The notes: generated by a model from the sequence alone, not told the origin. DNA of 24,000 nt from Nocardiopsis gilva YIM 90087 (GCF_002263495.1 NZ_CP022753.1:5486312-5510311), one strand, 5' to 3'; positions 7,615-17,632 are shown, counted from the first letter of the stretch. Program-made: numbers and translations.

Positions 7615-8523
7615 TTACACCCTGAGGTAGCGCCGCAGCGTCAGGAACGACGCGACGGTACACAGCAGCACGCCCAGAATCAGCGAGACGCCGATGACGT
7701 ACAGCAGCGAACCGGTCGACAGCGCGACAGGGAACGCGAACCAGTCTTCGACCTTGTCCAGGAGGAAGAAGCGCGCGGCGACGATGAAGCCGGAGGCGAT
7801 GACACCACCGATCAGACCCGCGATGGCGCCTTCCAAGAGGAAGGGAAGCTGGATATAGAAGTTCGACGCACCGACGAGCCGCATGATTCCGGTTTCCCGG
7901 CGGCGGCTGTAGGCCGACAGCCGGATGGTGTTGCCGATCAGCAGCGCGGCGGCGCCGAGTTGGATGAACGAGACGGTGAGCGCGCCCCACTTCAGGCCGT
8001 CGAGCAGCCCGAAGAACTTCTCCAGCACCTGCTGGTCGTCGGAGACCGACTCGACCCCGGGGGCGCCCCGGACCTGCTCGGCGACCTTGCTGTACTGGTC
8101 CGGGTCCTTCAGCTGCACGCGGAAGTTGTCCGGGATGTCGCCCTCGCGGACGGCGTCGCTCATGGCCTCGTTGTTCGAGAAGCGCTCCTGGAAGTCCTTG
8201 AACGCCTCGGCCTGGGTCACGTACTTGACGTCCGCGACCTCGGGCAGCGACGTGAGGCTCGACTCGACCTTGGTGCGCTGCTCCTTGGTGGCCTCGCCGC
8301 TCTCCTCACAGGCCGCGGACGGCGCGTTCTTCGTGCACATGAAGACCGTGAGGGAGACACGGGAGTCCCAGTACCCGCGCATCTGCGAGACCTGCTGCAT
8401 CATGAGCAGACCGCCACCGAACAAGGCGAGCGAGATGGCCACGGTGATGATCACCGCGACGGTCATCGTCAGGTTGCGGCGTAGGCCGATCCAGATCTCG
8501 GAAAGTACGAATTGTGCTCGCAT
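7615..8523 (-). CDS. ftsX: Cell-division ABC transporter permease-like protein FtsX
   Basis: 302 aa with a MRAQFVLSEIWIGLRRNLTMT start, an extracellular loop domain and C-terminal TM helices with the RRRETGIMRLVGASNFYIQLPFLLEG motif. Sits immediately downstream of ftsE. Confidence 0.95.
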   Translation of the reverse strand: MRAQFVLSEIWIGLRRNLTMTVAVIITVAISLALFGGGLLMMQQVSQMRGYWDSRVSLTVFMCTKNAPSAACEESGEATKEQRTKVESSLTSLPEVADVKYVTQAEAFKDFQERFSNNEAMSDAVREGDIPDNFRVQLKDPDQYSKVAEQVRGAPGVESVSDDQQVLEKFFGLLDGLKWGALTVSFIQLGAAALLIGNTIRLSAYSRRRETGIMRLVGASNFYIQLPFLLEGAIAGLIGGVIASGFIVAARFFLLDKVEDWFAFPVALSTGSLLYVIGVSLILGVLLCTVASFLTLRRYLRV

Positions 8524-8609
8524 GATGTGTTAAGGGTCCATCCTTAGGGGCTTCGCCGCGCTGCTACGGCCAGCGGGGGACGCATGGCCGACCCGGCTGG
8601 TCAGTCGGC

Positions 8610-9299
8610 TCAGTAGGCCTGGCCGTAGATGCCGCGCGTCTGGTCCCGGACGACGACACCCTCTTCGAGCTCGATGACGCGCTTGCGCATCGAGTCGACG
8701 ATCGCGGCATCGTGGGTCGCCATCACGACCGTCGTTCCGGTGCGGTTGATTCGGTCGAGCACCTTCATGATGCCGATCGACGTGGCGGGGTCGATATTGC
8801 CGGTGGGCTCGTCAGCCAGCAGGATCTGCGGCCGGTTGACGAACGCCCGGGCGATCGCGACCCGCTGCTGCTCACCACCCGACAGTTCGTCGGGCATACG
8901 GGTGGACTTGCCCTCGAGGCCGACGAGCTCGACGACCTCCGGCACGACCTTGCGGATGAACCGCCGCGGCTTGCCGATGACCTCCAGCGCGAACGCGACG
9001 TTCTCGAAGACGTTCTTGTTCGGCAGCAGCCGGAAGTCCTGGAAGACACAGCCGATGCGGCGCCGCAGGTGCGGGACCTTCCAGTTGGACAGGCGCGCGA
9101 GGTCTTTGCCCGCGACGTGGACCCTGCCCTGAGAGGGCTTCTCCTCCTTGAGGACCAGCCTGAGGAACGTTGATTTACCCGACCCGGAGGGACCGACGAG
9201 GAACACGAACTCTGCCTTGTCCACGTCGAGGGAAACGCCGTCGAGAGCCGGGCGCTTCTGGGTCGCGTAGACCTTGGTGACGTTATCGAAGTGGATCAC
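8610..9299 (-). CDS. ftsE: Cell-division ATP-binding protein FtsE
   Basis: GTG at 9299 gives a 229-aa protein starting (M)[10 protein letters not shown]. Walker [10 protein letters not shown], signature [14 protein letters not shown], Walker [13 protein letters not shown]. The track ORF start at 9374 adds 25 non-conserved residues and is rejected. Confidence 0.95.
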   Translation of the reverse strand: MIHFDNVTKVYATQKRPALDGVSLDVDKAEFVFLVGPSGSGKSTFLRLVLKEEKPSQGRVHVAGKDLARLSNWKVPHLRRRIGCVFQDFRLLPNKNVFENVAFALEVIGKPRRFIRKVVPEVVELVGLEGKSTRMPDELSGGEQQRVAIARAFVNRPQILLADEPTGNIDPATSIGIMKVLDRINRTGTTVVMATHDAAIVDSMRKRVIELEEGVVVRDQTRGIYGQAY

Positions 9300-9673
9300 A
9301 GGTGCATCACAAGGTTCTCGGAGGTAGGGGCACCCAGACGGATGTTCACATCCGCGCAGGGCAGTACCGGCCACGGGGCCAATCGACAGTGTAGAGGCGA
9401 TCGCAACCCGGAATGTCCAGATCGACGTGCGACCTCACACCGCCGCCCACAACTGGAGGACGTCCGGGCGGGCGATCAGACGCCGCTTTCCCCCCTACGG
9501 CCCGCTGGCCCCGACTGTCCGCGCAGGACAGCACGTCCGAGCATATCGGAAGCGTCAACCACCTATAACATTCACATATACCCGTTTTGTCGCAAACGCG
9601 ACGCGAGGGGGAGATTTTCCCGCCCGCGGGCCGCAGCGGATGCCCATCCGTCACATCCGCCACACGCGCCCCG

Positions 9674-10795
9674 CTAGCCCTGCGCGTCCCCGTTCTCCTG
9701 ACTGCGCATCCAGCGGATCTCCGCGTCGATGAAGTCGTCGATCTGACCGTCCAGGACGGCGGTCGGGTTGCCCGACTCCACGTTCGTGCGGGCGTCCTTC
9801 ACGCTCTGGTACGGGTGCAGCACGTAGTTGCGCATCTGCGTGCCCCAGCTGCTGGCGCTGTCGCCGCGCAGCTCGTCGATCGTGGACTGCTCCTCGCGGC
9901 GCTTGCGCTCCAGCAGCTTGGCCTGGAGCATCGACATCGCCGTCGCCCGGTTCTGCAGCTGCGAGCGCTCGTTCTGGCACGAGGTGACGATGCCCGTGGG
10001 CTGGTGGGTGATGCGCACCGCGGAGTCGGTGGTGTTGACGCCCTGTCCGCCCGGACCGCTGGACCGGTAGACGTCGATCCGCAGATCGCTCTCGTCGATC
10101 TCGATGTGGTCGCTCTGCTCGATGACCGGCACGACGTCCACACCCGCGAAGGAGGTCTGCCGACGGCTCTGGTTGTCGAACGGCGAGATCCGGACCAGCC
10201 GGTGCGTCCCGTGCTCGCCGCGCAGCGTCCCGTAGGCGAACGCCGCCTTCACGGCGAACGTCGTCGACTTGATCCCCGCCTCTTCGGCATACGAGGTGTC
10301 GTAGATGTCGGTCGGGTAGCCGTGGCGCTCGGCCCAGCGCAGGTACATCCGCTGCAGCATCTGCGCCCAGTCGGCGGCGTCGATCCCCCCGGCCTGCGCG
10401 TTGATGGTGACCAGGGCCTCGCGCTCGTCGTAGGGGCCGCTGAGCAGGGTGCGGACCTCGAGTTCGCCGATGTCCTTGCGCAGCGACTCCAGCTCGTTGT
10501 CGGCCTCGGCCAGGGCGTCGGAGTCGTCCTCCGTGGCGGCCAGCTCGTAGAGCACGCTGAGGTCATCAAGGCGCTGGCGAATGTTGCCGACCTTGGTGAC
10601 CACGGACTCGAGGTTGGCGAGCCGACGGGTCACCCTCTGGGCGTTCTCGGCGTCGTTCCAGAGCTCGGGGTCGGCAGACTGCTCGCGCAGCTGTTCGATC
10701 TCGGTGTTCTTGGCGTCGAGGTCCAGCACGGATTCCACGCTCGCCAGGGTCGACGAGAGTTCCTTGATCTTTTCTGCGGGGTCTTGGTCTGCCAC
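9674..10795 (-). CDS. prfB: Peptide chain release factor 2
   Basis: GTG at 10795 gives 373 aa starting (M)[15 protein letters not shown] motif (RISPFD) and GGQ motif ([11 protein letters not shown]) are present. The reading frame is single and uninterrupted. Confidence 0.95.
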   Translation of the reverse strand: MADQDPAEKIKELSSTLASVESVLDLDAKNTEIEQLREQSADPELWNDAENAQRVTRRLANLESVVTKVGNIRQRLDDLSVLYELAATEDDSDALAEADNELESLRKDIGELEVRTLLSGPYDEREALVTINAQAGGIDAADWAQMLQRMYLRWAERHGYPTDIYDTSYAEEAGIKSTTFAVKAAFAYGTLRGEHGTHRLVRISPFDNQSRRQTSFAGVDVVPVIEQSDHIEIDESDLRIDVYRSSGPGGQGVNTTDSAVRITHQPTGIVTSCQNERSQLQNRATAMSMLQAKLLERKRREEQSTIDELRGDSASSWGTQMRNYVLHPYQSVKDARTNVESGNPTAVLDGQIDDFIDAEIRWMRSQENGDAQG

Positions 10796-10829
10796 GTGCC
10801 CAAGTCTAGGGCGTATAGGACGCCGTCCT

Positions 10830-11216
10830 TCACACAGCGGGGTGCGCCGCCCCGACACGGACCGCCGCGATCCAGGTCGGCGCCGATCCGCACCGGTGGG
10901 CGGCGGCCCCCGATCGGCGCTCGTGCGGACCGGGGACCGCCGCCCGCCGGGGTCGCGGCGCGCGGAGCCGGGACCAGGCTCCGGCCAGCGACCTCGTGCG
11001 CGCCTTGCGCCCGCTGAGGAACAGCACCAGCCCCACGACCATCACGATCAGTCCGGGTGCCCCGGGTATCGCGGCGATCAGGAAGTACCTGTCGTCCAGC
11101 GGGGCGTTGACCAGCTTCGGTGTCCCGTCGTCACCCGGCCCGAAGTGGGCGGCACCCTCGTGGGCGGCGGCAGGGAGCACCGCTTCCTCCCCCTCCAGCT
11201 CAGGAGAGTGGGACAC
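10830..11216 (-). CDS. Doubtful small membrane protein (one TM: [24 protein letters not shown]) with an Arg-rich tail
   Basis: GC3 is high in the central part. GTG at 11216 is preceded by GAGAAGG. The track start (TTG 11267) lies inside the T-tract of the gdh terminator and is rejected. The C-terminal ~60 aa look like GC-rich run-on sequence. Confidence 0.35.
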   Translation of the reverse strand: MSHSPELEGEEAVLPAAAHEGAAHFGPGDDGTPKLVNAPLDDRYFLIAAIPGAPGLIVMVVGLVLFLSGRKARTRSLAGAWSRLRAPRPRRAAVPGPHERRSGAAAHRCGSAPTWIAAVRVGAAHPAV

Positions 11217-11265
11217 AGCAGGCACCTTCTCTGCGACATTCCAGGCGCGGCCTCCGACCGACACC

Positions 11266-11298
11266 AAAAAGGGCCGCGCCCCACGTGGGACGCGGCCC
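11266..11298 (-). terminator. Intrinsic terminator of gdh
   Basis: The minus strand reads GGGCCGCG-T-CCCACGTGGG-G-CGCGGCCC followed directly by TTTTT. The stem spans 11271-11298 and the T-tract is 11266-11270. It begins 22 nt after the gdh stop codon. Confidence 0.65.
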
Positions 11299-11319
11299 CG
11301 GTGCTTCGGGTTCCGGACC

Positions 11320-14300
11320 TTAGTCCGCGGAGCTCACCAGCGAGCGGACGGACCGCAGCGCCACCGAGAGGGTGGCGAGGTCGAAGCGCTCGGTCTCCCA
11401 GATCTCCGAGAGGGTCTGCCCGGCGCGGTCCAGCGTGGCCTTGTTCTGCTCCATCCACTGCGTGCGCATGGCGTCGACGGACTCACCGGTGCGGCCGGAC
11501 TCCAGCACCCGGCCGGTGAGGTCGGCGTGCGTACGGTACAGGTCGTCGCGCACGGCCGAGCGCGCCATCGTGTTCCAGCGGTCGTCACGCGGCAGCGCGA
11601 TGATGCGCTCCCGCAGCCGGGAGATCTGCAGCCGGTCGGCCAGGTCGAAGTAGACCTCGGCGACCTCCCGCAGCGGGCGCCCGGTGCGGTGGCCCACCTC
11701 CACCAGGTCGAAGGTGGAATAGGCCGGGACCATCGCGGCGACCTGCTCGGCCAGTTCCGAGGGGACGCCACGCGCGACGAACCTGTCCCGGCGCTCGATG
11801 AACGCGGCCAGGTCGCGGCCCTTGAGCAGTTCGGACAGCTGCGGCACGATCGCGGCCACGCCCTCGGCGAAGAACGCGATCTCCTCACCCAGGTCGAACA
11901 GGGACGTGCGGTTCTGCAGCAGCCAGCGCGCCGAACGCTCGGCGAGCTTGCGGGCCTCCAGCAGCATGTCCAGCTGGGTGGCGACGTCGACCTTGTGGTC
12001 CAGATCCTCCACCGCCCGCCAGAAGTCGCGGAGCCCGAACACGTCCTGCACGACGAGGTAGGCCCGCGCGATGTCGTCCGCCGAGGCGCCGATCTCCTCG
12101 TTGAGCCGGAAGGCGAAGGTCGAGCCGGAGCGGTTCACCATGTCGTTCACCACCTGGTTGGTGATGATCTGGCGGGCCAGCGGGTGGTCCGGCATGGCGT
12201 CGGCGAACCGCTCGCGCAGCGCCGTCGGGAAGTACTCGGTGAGCGTGTCCCGCAGGTAGGGGTCGGACGGCAGGTCGGAGTCGGCGATCGCGTCCTTGAG
12301 GGTGATCGTGGTGTAGGCGATCAGCGTGCCGAACTCCGGCCCGGTCAGGCCCTGGCCGCTGGAGCGGCGCGCGGCGATGGCTTTGTCGTCGGGCAGGTTC
12401 TCCAGCTTGCGCTTGAGCTGCCCTGAGCGCTCCAGCGCGCGCATGTAGCGCTGGTGGACGTGGAGCATGCCGTTGGACTGCTTGCGCGCCGCGGCGAGCA
12501 CGACGTTCTGCGCGTAGTTGTTGTCCAGCACGAGGTCGGCGACCTCGTCGGTCATGCTCAGGAAGAGCTCGTCGCGCTCGTCCTTGGCCAGGCGGCCGGC
12601 CCGGACCTCGCGGTCCAGCATGATCTTGATGTTCACCTCGTGGTCGGAGGTGTCCACACCGGCGGAGTTGTCGATGAAGTCGGAGTTGACCCGGCCCCCG
12701 GCCAGCGCGAACTCGATCCGCCCCGCCTGGGTGAGGCCGAGGTTGCCGCCCTCACCGATGACCTTGCAGCGCAGCTCGGGAGCGTCGACGCGCACCTGGT
12801 CGTTGGCCTTGTCGCCGACCGAGGCGTGGGTCTCGGTGCTGGCCTTGACGTAGGTGCCGATGCCGCCGTTCCACAGCAGGTCCACCGGGGCCTTGAGGAT
12901 GCACTGGATCAACTCGAACGGGGTGAGCGAGGTGACGTCCGGGCCGATCCCCAGAGCCTCGCGGACCTGCGGGGTGATGTGGATCGACTTGGCCGTGCGC
13001 GGGTAGACCCCGCCGCCCTCGGAGATCAGCGACTCGTCGTAGTCGGCCCAGGTGCTGCGGGGCAGCTCGAACATGCGGCGGCGCTCGGCGTAGCCGCGCG
13101 CGGCGTCCGGGTTCGGGTCGAGGAAGACGTGCCGGTGGTCGAACGCGGCCACCAGCCGGATGTGCTCGGAGAGCAGCATCCCGTTGCCGAACACGTCGCC
13201 GGACATGTCGCCGATGCCGACGGCGGTGAAGTCCTGGCTCTGGACGTCCACGCCCATCTCACGGAAGTGGTACTTGACCGACTCCCAGGCGCCGCGGGCG
13301 GTGATGCCCATGGCCTTGTGGTCGTAGCCGACGGACCCGCCGGAGGCGAACGCGTCGCCGAGCCAGAAGCCGCGCTCCTGGGAGATGCCGTTGGCGATGT
13401 CGGAGAAGGTCGCCGTGCCCTTGTCGGCGGCGACGACGAGGTAGGAGTCGTCGGCGTCGTAGCGGACGACGTCGCGCGGGTACTCGACGGCGCCCTCGAC
13501 AAGGTTGTCGGTGACGTCGAGCATGCCGCTGATGAACTGCTTGTAGCAGGCCACGACCTCGGTCATGATCGCGTCGCGGTCGCCGCCGGCGGGCAGCCGC
13601 TTGCAGACGAAGCCGCCCTTGGCGCCGTTGGGGACGATCACCGAGTTCTTCACCATCTGCGCCTTGACCAGGCCGAGGATCTCGGTGCGGAAGTCCTCGA
13701 AGCGGTCCGACCAGCGCAGCCCGCCGCGGGCGACCGAGCCGAAGCGCAGGTGCACGCCCTCCATCCGCGGGGAGTAGACGTACATCTCGAACTTGGGCCG
13801 GGGGGCCGGAAGGTCCGGGATGGCCTGCGGGTCGAGCTTGTAGACCAGGTAGGGCTTGTCGCTCTCGCCGTCGGCCGCGTACTGGAAGTAGTTGGTGCGC
13901 AGGGTGGCCTGGATCATCGCCAGGAAGGACCGCAGGATGCGGTCCTGGTCGAGGCTGGCCACCAGGTCGAGCTCGCCGTTGATCTCCTCGGTGATGGCCT
14001 CGGAGCGCTCGGTGCGGCCGTCGGAGTGGCGCGGGTCGAAGCGCGACTCGAAGAGGCGGACCAGCAGGTTGGCGATGTGCACGTTGGCGACGAGCACGTC
14101 GGCGATGTAGGCGGGGCTGAACGTGCTCCCGGTCTGGCGCAGGTACTTGGCGTAGGCGCGCAGGATGGTGAGCTGCCGCCAGGTCAGCCCGCCGCGCAGC
14201 ACCAGAGCGTTGAAGCCGTCGGACTCGCCGCGGTCCTCCCACAGGGCGGTGAAGGCGTCCTCGAAGAGGAACTTCATCCGGTCCACCGGGACCTGCACGG

Positions 14301-16215
14301 CGTCCTGGATGGGGGCCAGGCCGAAGTCGTAGATCCACGCGCGCCCGCCGCCGTCGCGGTCGGCGCCCGGGGCGGTGATGCCGTAGGGGCGCTCGTCCTC
14401 GACCTCGACGCCCATGTGCTCCAGCAGTGGCAGCACCTTGGACAGGGAGATCGGGTCGCCCTTGCGGTAGACCTTGAACCGCCAGTCGGACGGGTCCTGC
14501 GACGCCGACTGGTAGAGGTTGACGGCGAGTTGGCCGTCCGTGAGGGAGTCGATCCGCCCGATGTCGTCGACGGCCGTGGTGGCCGAGGTGTCGACCTTGT
14601 AGCCCTCGGGCAGGGCCTCGCGGTAGCGCCCGGCGATCTCGGTGGCGCTGTCGGCGCCGTAGCGCTGGGTGAGCTCGACGAGGAGGTCGTCGTCCCAGGA
14701 GCGGGTGGCCTTGACGACCTCGGCCTCCAGCGCGGCGTGGTCGACGTCGGCCAGCAGACGGCCGCGCTCGGCGCGCACCACCAGGTACAGGCGGGCGAAG
14801 GGGGCCGAGCCGACCATGACGTTGTGCTCCATGGTGGCGCCGTGGAACGCGTTGGCCAGCACGTTCTGGATGTCGAGGCGGACCTGCGTGGTGTAGCGGT
14901 CGCGCGGCATGTACACCAGGCAGGACATGTAGCGCCCGTAGGGGTCGCGGCGCAGGAACAGCTTGCTGCCGCGGCGCTCGCGCAGCCGCAGGACGCCCAG
15001 CACGATGTTGTAGAGCTCGGGGACGGGGGTCTGCAGCAGCTCCTCGCGCGGGAAGCCCTCGAGGATCTCGATCAGGTCCTTGCCGTCGTAGCTGTCGGCG
15101 GCGAACCCGGCGAGGTCGAGGACCTCGGCCTGCTTGCGCTTGAGGATCGGGATCTCGGCGATGCTCGTCGTGGTGGCCTGGTGGGTGAACAGGCCGAGGA
15201 AGCGGTACTCGCCGACGATCCGGCCCTGGTCGTCGAACTTCTTGACGCCGATGTAGTCGAGGTACTTGGGGCGGTGGACGGTGGCCCGGGAGTTGGCCTT
15301 GGTCAGCACCAGCACGTGCGGCTCGCGCGCCTTGGCGCGGGCCTCGGCGGGCAGCGCCGCGAAGCTGCCGGACAGCTGGGTGTCCATGCGCAGCACGCCC
15401 AGTCCGGTTCCGGCCTGCGGGCTCAGCGCCTCGCGGCCTTCCTCGTCGCTGACCAGCGCGTATTCGCGGAATCCGAGGAACGTGAATTGGCGGTCGGCGA
15501 CCCAGTGCAGGAACTCGGCGCTCTCGGCGATCTCCTGCTCGCTGATGCCTCCGGCGACGAGGGCGGAGGTGCGTGCGGTGATCTCGTCCGCGAGGGCGGT
15601 GGCGCGTCGGCGCATCCTCGCGCCGTCCTCGTCCACGTAGCGGACGTCGGTGAGCACGCGCGTCAGATCCGCTTCCAGCTGCTTGAGCACGGTGGAGTCG
15701 GTCTGGCGGTCGATCTCGACGTGGATCCACGACTCGGCGATCGGGAGGAGGTCGCCGTCGGTGTCCGCGGGCTCGATCTCGCGCAGCTCGCCCCTGAGGT
15801 CGCGCAGGACGCGCAGCTGCGGGTGGACGACGAGGTGCGCGCCAATGCTGTGGCGCGCGAGTTCCATGGTGACGGAGTTGACCAGGAACGGGGCGTCGTC
15901 GGTGACGATCTCGACCACGGTATGGCCGATCTCCCAGCCGTCCCTGTCCTCGGTGGGCGTGTGGACACGCACCTTCGCGCGACCCTGGACCCGGTTCTCG
16001 GCGAGGCCGCGGTGGGACAGGGCGGCACCGACGATCTCGTCGGGGCTCCGCTCCTTGAGCTCTTCGGGGTCGACGTGCCGGTAGTAGAGGCGCAGGAAGC
16101 GCTCGATCCGGCTCGTGTCGTCGTCTTCGGTCAAACCGCCGGGGGAAGCGTGGGTCCACTGTGTGGCCGCATCGCGTAGCAACTGGTCCTGTATGGCGTC
16201 AGACTGCCCGGACAT
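11320..16215 (-). CDS. gdh: NAD-specific glutamate dehydrogenase, large (~180 kDa) bacterial type
   Basis: Single 1631-aa ORF with an AAGGAG SD upstream of ATG 16215. It carries the hallmark block VARGGLRWSDRFEDFRTEILGLVKAQMVKNSVIVPNGAKGGFV and the overall Bac_GDH-type layout. Confidence 0.97.
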   Translation of the reverse strand: MSGQSDAIQDQLLRDAATQWTHASPGGLTEDDDTSRIERFLRLYYRHVDPEELKERSPDEIVGAALSHRGLAENRVQGRAKVRVHTPTEDRDGWEIGHTVVEIVTDDAPFLVNSVTMELARHSIGAHLVVHPQLRVLRDLRGELREIEPADTDGDLLPIAESWIHVEIDRQTDSTVLKQLEADLTRVLTDVRYVDEDGARMRRRATALADEITARTSALVAGGISEQEIAESAEFLHWVADRQFTFLGFREYALVSDEEGREALSPQAGTGLGVLRMDTQLSGSFAALPAEARAKAREPHVLVLTKANSRATVHRPKYLDYIGVKKFDDQGRIVGEYRFLGLFTHQATTTSIAEIPILKRKQAEVLDLAGFAADSYDGKDLIEILEGFPREELLQTPVPELYNIVLGVLRLRERRGSKLFLRRDPYGRYMSCLVYMPRDRYTTQVRLDIQNVLANAFHGATMEHNVMVGSAPFARLYLVVRAERGRLLADVDHAALEAEVVKATRSWDDDLLVELTQRYGADSATEIAGRYREALPEGYKVDTSATTAVDDIGRIDSLTDGQLAVNLYQSASQDPSDWRFKVYRKGDPISLSKVLPLLEHMGVEVEDERPYGITAPGADRDGGGRAWIYDFGLAPIQDAVQVPVDRMKFLFEDAFTALWEDRGESDGFNALVLRGGLTWRQLTILRAYAKYLRQTGSTFSPAYIADVLVANVHIANLLVRLFESRFDPRHSDGRTERSEAITEEINGELDLVASLDQDRILRSFLAMIQATLRTNYFQYAADGESDKPYLVYKLDPQAIPDLPAPRPKFEMYVYSPRMEGVHLRFGSVARGGLRWSDRFEDFRTEILGLVKAQMVKNSVIVPNGAKGGFVCKRLPAGGDRDAIMTEVVACYKQFISGMLDVTDNLVEGAVEYPRDVVRYDADDSYLVVAADKGTATFSDIANGISQERGFWLGDAFASGGSVGYDHKAMGITARGAWESVKYHFREMGVDVQSQDFTAVGIGDMSGDVFGNGMLLSEHIRLVAAFDHRHVFLDPNPDAARGYAERRRMFELPRSTWADYDESLISEGGGVYPRTAKSIHITPQVREALGIGPDVTSLTPFELIQCILKAPVDLLWNGGIGTYVKASTETHASVGDKANDQVRVDAPELRCKVIGEGGNLGLTQAGRIEFALAGGRVNSDFIDNSAGVDTSDHEVNIKIMLDREVRAGRLAKDERDELFLSMTDEVADLVLDNNYAQNVVLAAARKQSNGMLHVHQRYMRALERSGQLKRKLENLPDDKAIAARRSSGQGLTGPEFGTLIAYTTITLKDAIADSDLPSDPYLRDTLTEYFPTALRERFADAMPDHPLARQIITNQVVNDMVNRSGSTFAFRLNEEIGASADDIARAYLVVQDVFGLRDFWRAVEDLDHKVDVATQLDMLLEARKLAERSARWLLQNRTSLFDLGEEIAFFAEGVAAIVPQLSELLKGRDLAAFIERRDRFVARGVPSELAEQVAAMVPAYSTFDLVEVGHRTGRPLREVAEVYFDLADRLQISRLRERIIALPRDDRWNTMARSAVRDDLYRTHADLTGRVLESGRTGESVDAMRTQWMEQNKATLDRAGQTLSEIWETERFDLATLSVALRSVRSLVSSAD

Positions 16216-16357
16216 GTCGCGATCTCACTCCTTTGTGAGCGTCGGGGGTGAACCGGAAGCCGACCTGGAGACCGGCCCCAGAACATCGGGTGATGTGACT
16301 TGTGATGTTGTGTGTCGGTGGACCACCGTCCCCGGTGGCCCGGCTCCGGTAGAAGGA

Positions 16358-16373
16358 ACCTGTGCGCACAGGT
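16358..16373. promoter_or_regulatory. Perfect 16-bp palindrome ACCTGTGCGCACAGGT in the gdh upstream region (operator or 5'-UTR hairpin candidate)
   Basis: The sequence is its own reverse complement. It lies ~145 nt upstream of the gdh ATG, in a 452-bp non-coding interval. Confidence 0.3.
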
Positions 16374-16667
16374 CGTGGCGTGTGGGGCTCGGACGCCCTT
16401 GTCCGGCCGCCGCCACGGCCTAGGCTACTGCGTTTCACACGGTAGAACAGTGATCAGAACCGTTAAGAGTCAGTTTCGTCAGGCATAGGAGCGCATTGCG
16501 GGCGGGGACATCCCCACCCAGGACAGTATGCGCGGGAGATACGTCACATTCACACCTTGGGCCGTTTCCGGACACGCCGACACGAGGCGGGAATATGCGG
16601 CCACCCGGCGTGGCGACCGTACGAAACAGACACTAGCCAGGCGGCTACCTGGGGTGGGGCGGAAACG

Positions 16668-17420
16668 TCACCCTGCTGACTCACCCGTCTCGGGCGGGCG
16701 CGTGGCTCCGCGGATCATGTGCAGCAGGGCCCGCCGGTCGGTGAGGTCCTCCAGGACGTGCTTGGCTCCAGCCGCACGCAGCTGCGACTCGGTGGTCGAC
16801 CCGCTGGCGACTCCGATGGGCGTGGCGTGGCCGATCAGGGCCGCCTCGACGTCGCGGGCGGAGTCGGTGACATAGACGGTGGCGGACTCGGGGAACGCGG
16901 AGCCGTGGGCCTCCGCCGCGCGCATCCGGGTGAACTGGATCAGGCTGGCCTTGGGGTAGTGCTCGGAGCCGAACCCGCCGATACTCAGGTCCAGGTAGCC
17001 ATCGAGCCCGAAGGCGGAGAGCTTGGCCACCGCGTTGGCCATGATTGTTCCGGTGACCACGGTCTGCACCGTGCCCTCCAGGGCCGCGACGGCGGCCAGC
17101 GCCTCCTGCGCCCCGGGCATCGCCCGGCCGCGAGCGGGCAGCTGGTCGCGCCGCCGGGCGAACGCCTCGCCCAGGGCTTCGAGGAAGTCGGCGATCTGCG
17201 CCGCCCCGGACTCGGCGTCCACGTCGTTGCGGGCCAGCAACTCATAGAAGACCTCGGAGTCGGTGCGGCCCGCAGTCGACGCCAGGTAGACGAGAGGCTC
17301 GCCCGTCACCTGTTGGAACGCCTCGGCGTAGGCGGCCCGCGTCACCTGGGCGACGTCGACGAGAGTGAGGTCGATGTTCCACAACACCAGCCGGCTGATG
17401 GGAGTCTCCTCACGGAACAC
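16668..17420 (-). CDS. HAD-superfamily hydrolase-like protein (motif I nucleophile Asp replaced by Asn)
   Basis: 250 aa, GTG start. Motif I LVLWNIDLTLVD, motif II VVTGT, motif IV VYVTDSARDVEAA. GC3 is high. Confidence 0.8.
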   Translation of the reverse strand: MFREETPISRLVLWNIDLTLVDVAQVTRAAYAEAFQQVTGEPLVYLASTAGRTDSEVFYELLARNDVDAESGAAQIADFLEALGEAFARRRDQLPARGRAMPGAQEALAAVAALEGTVQTVVTGTIMANAVAKLSAFGLDGYLDLSIGGFGSEHYPKASLIQFTRMRAAEAHGSAFPESATVYVTDSARDVEAALIGHATPIGVASGSTTESQLRAAGAKHVLEDLTDRRALLHMIRGATRPPETGESAG

Positions 17421-17632
17421 GAGGGGTGAGCAATGTCCGCCCCATTATCCCAGTCGCCGAAGTCACGCGGCCATGGTGCGGTGCCTAACGGCGGCGGCCG
17501 GGAGAATCGGTCCGGATCCAGGGGCGCACAGCGGGCCCGGCCAGCCGGCCGAGGCACCACCGTGGGGAACCACTCTGTCACGCCGCGCGTCCCAGTCCAC
17601 CGGTACGCGAACACCACGGGAAACAGGGGAAG

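Noticed and set aside
9300-9374. N-terminal extension of ftsE ([25 protein letters not shown])
   Set aside because: The extension has poor GC3 and no conservation-like features. GTG 9299 yields the canonical 229-aa FtsE beginning [11 protein letters not shown].
9674-10858. Programmed +1 frameshift site in prfB, and the 394-aa extended ORF
   Set aside because: RF2 is encoded here in one uninterrupted frame from GTG 10795. There is no short upstream ORF ending in CTT TGA-type shift site joined to the main frame. The extra 21 N-terminal residues of the track ORF ([21 protein letters not shown]) are non-conserved and Arg-rich.
12454-16179. 1241-aa ORF on the plus strand (and the 966-aa ORF 13259..16159 in a second minus frame) overlapping gdh
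   Set aside because: These are shadow ORFs typical of high-GC DNA. They have Arg/Gly/Pro/Ala/Val-dominated low-complexity translations and no recognisable motifs. The gdh frame carries clear family motifs and accounts for the whole interval.
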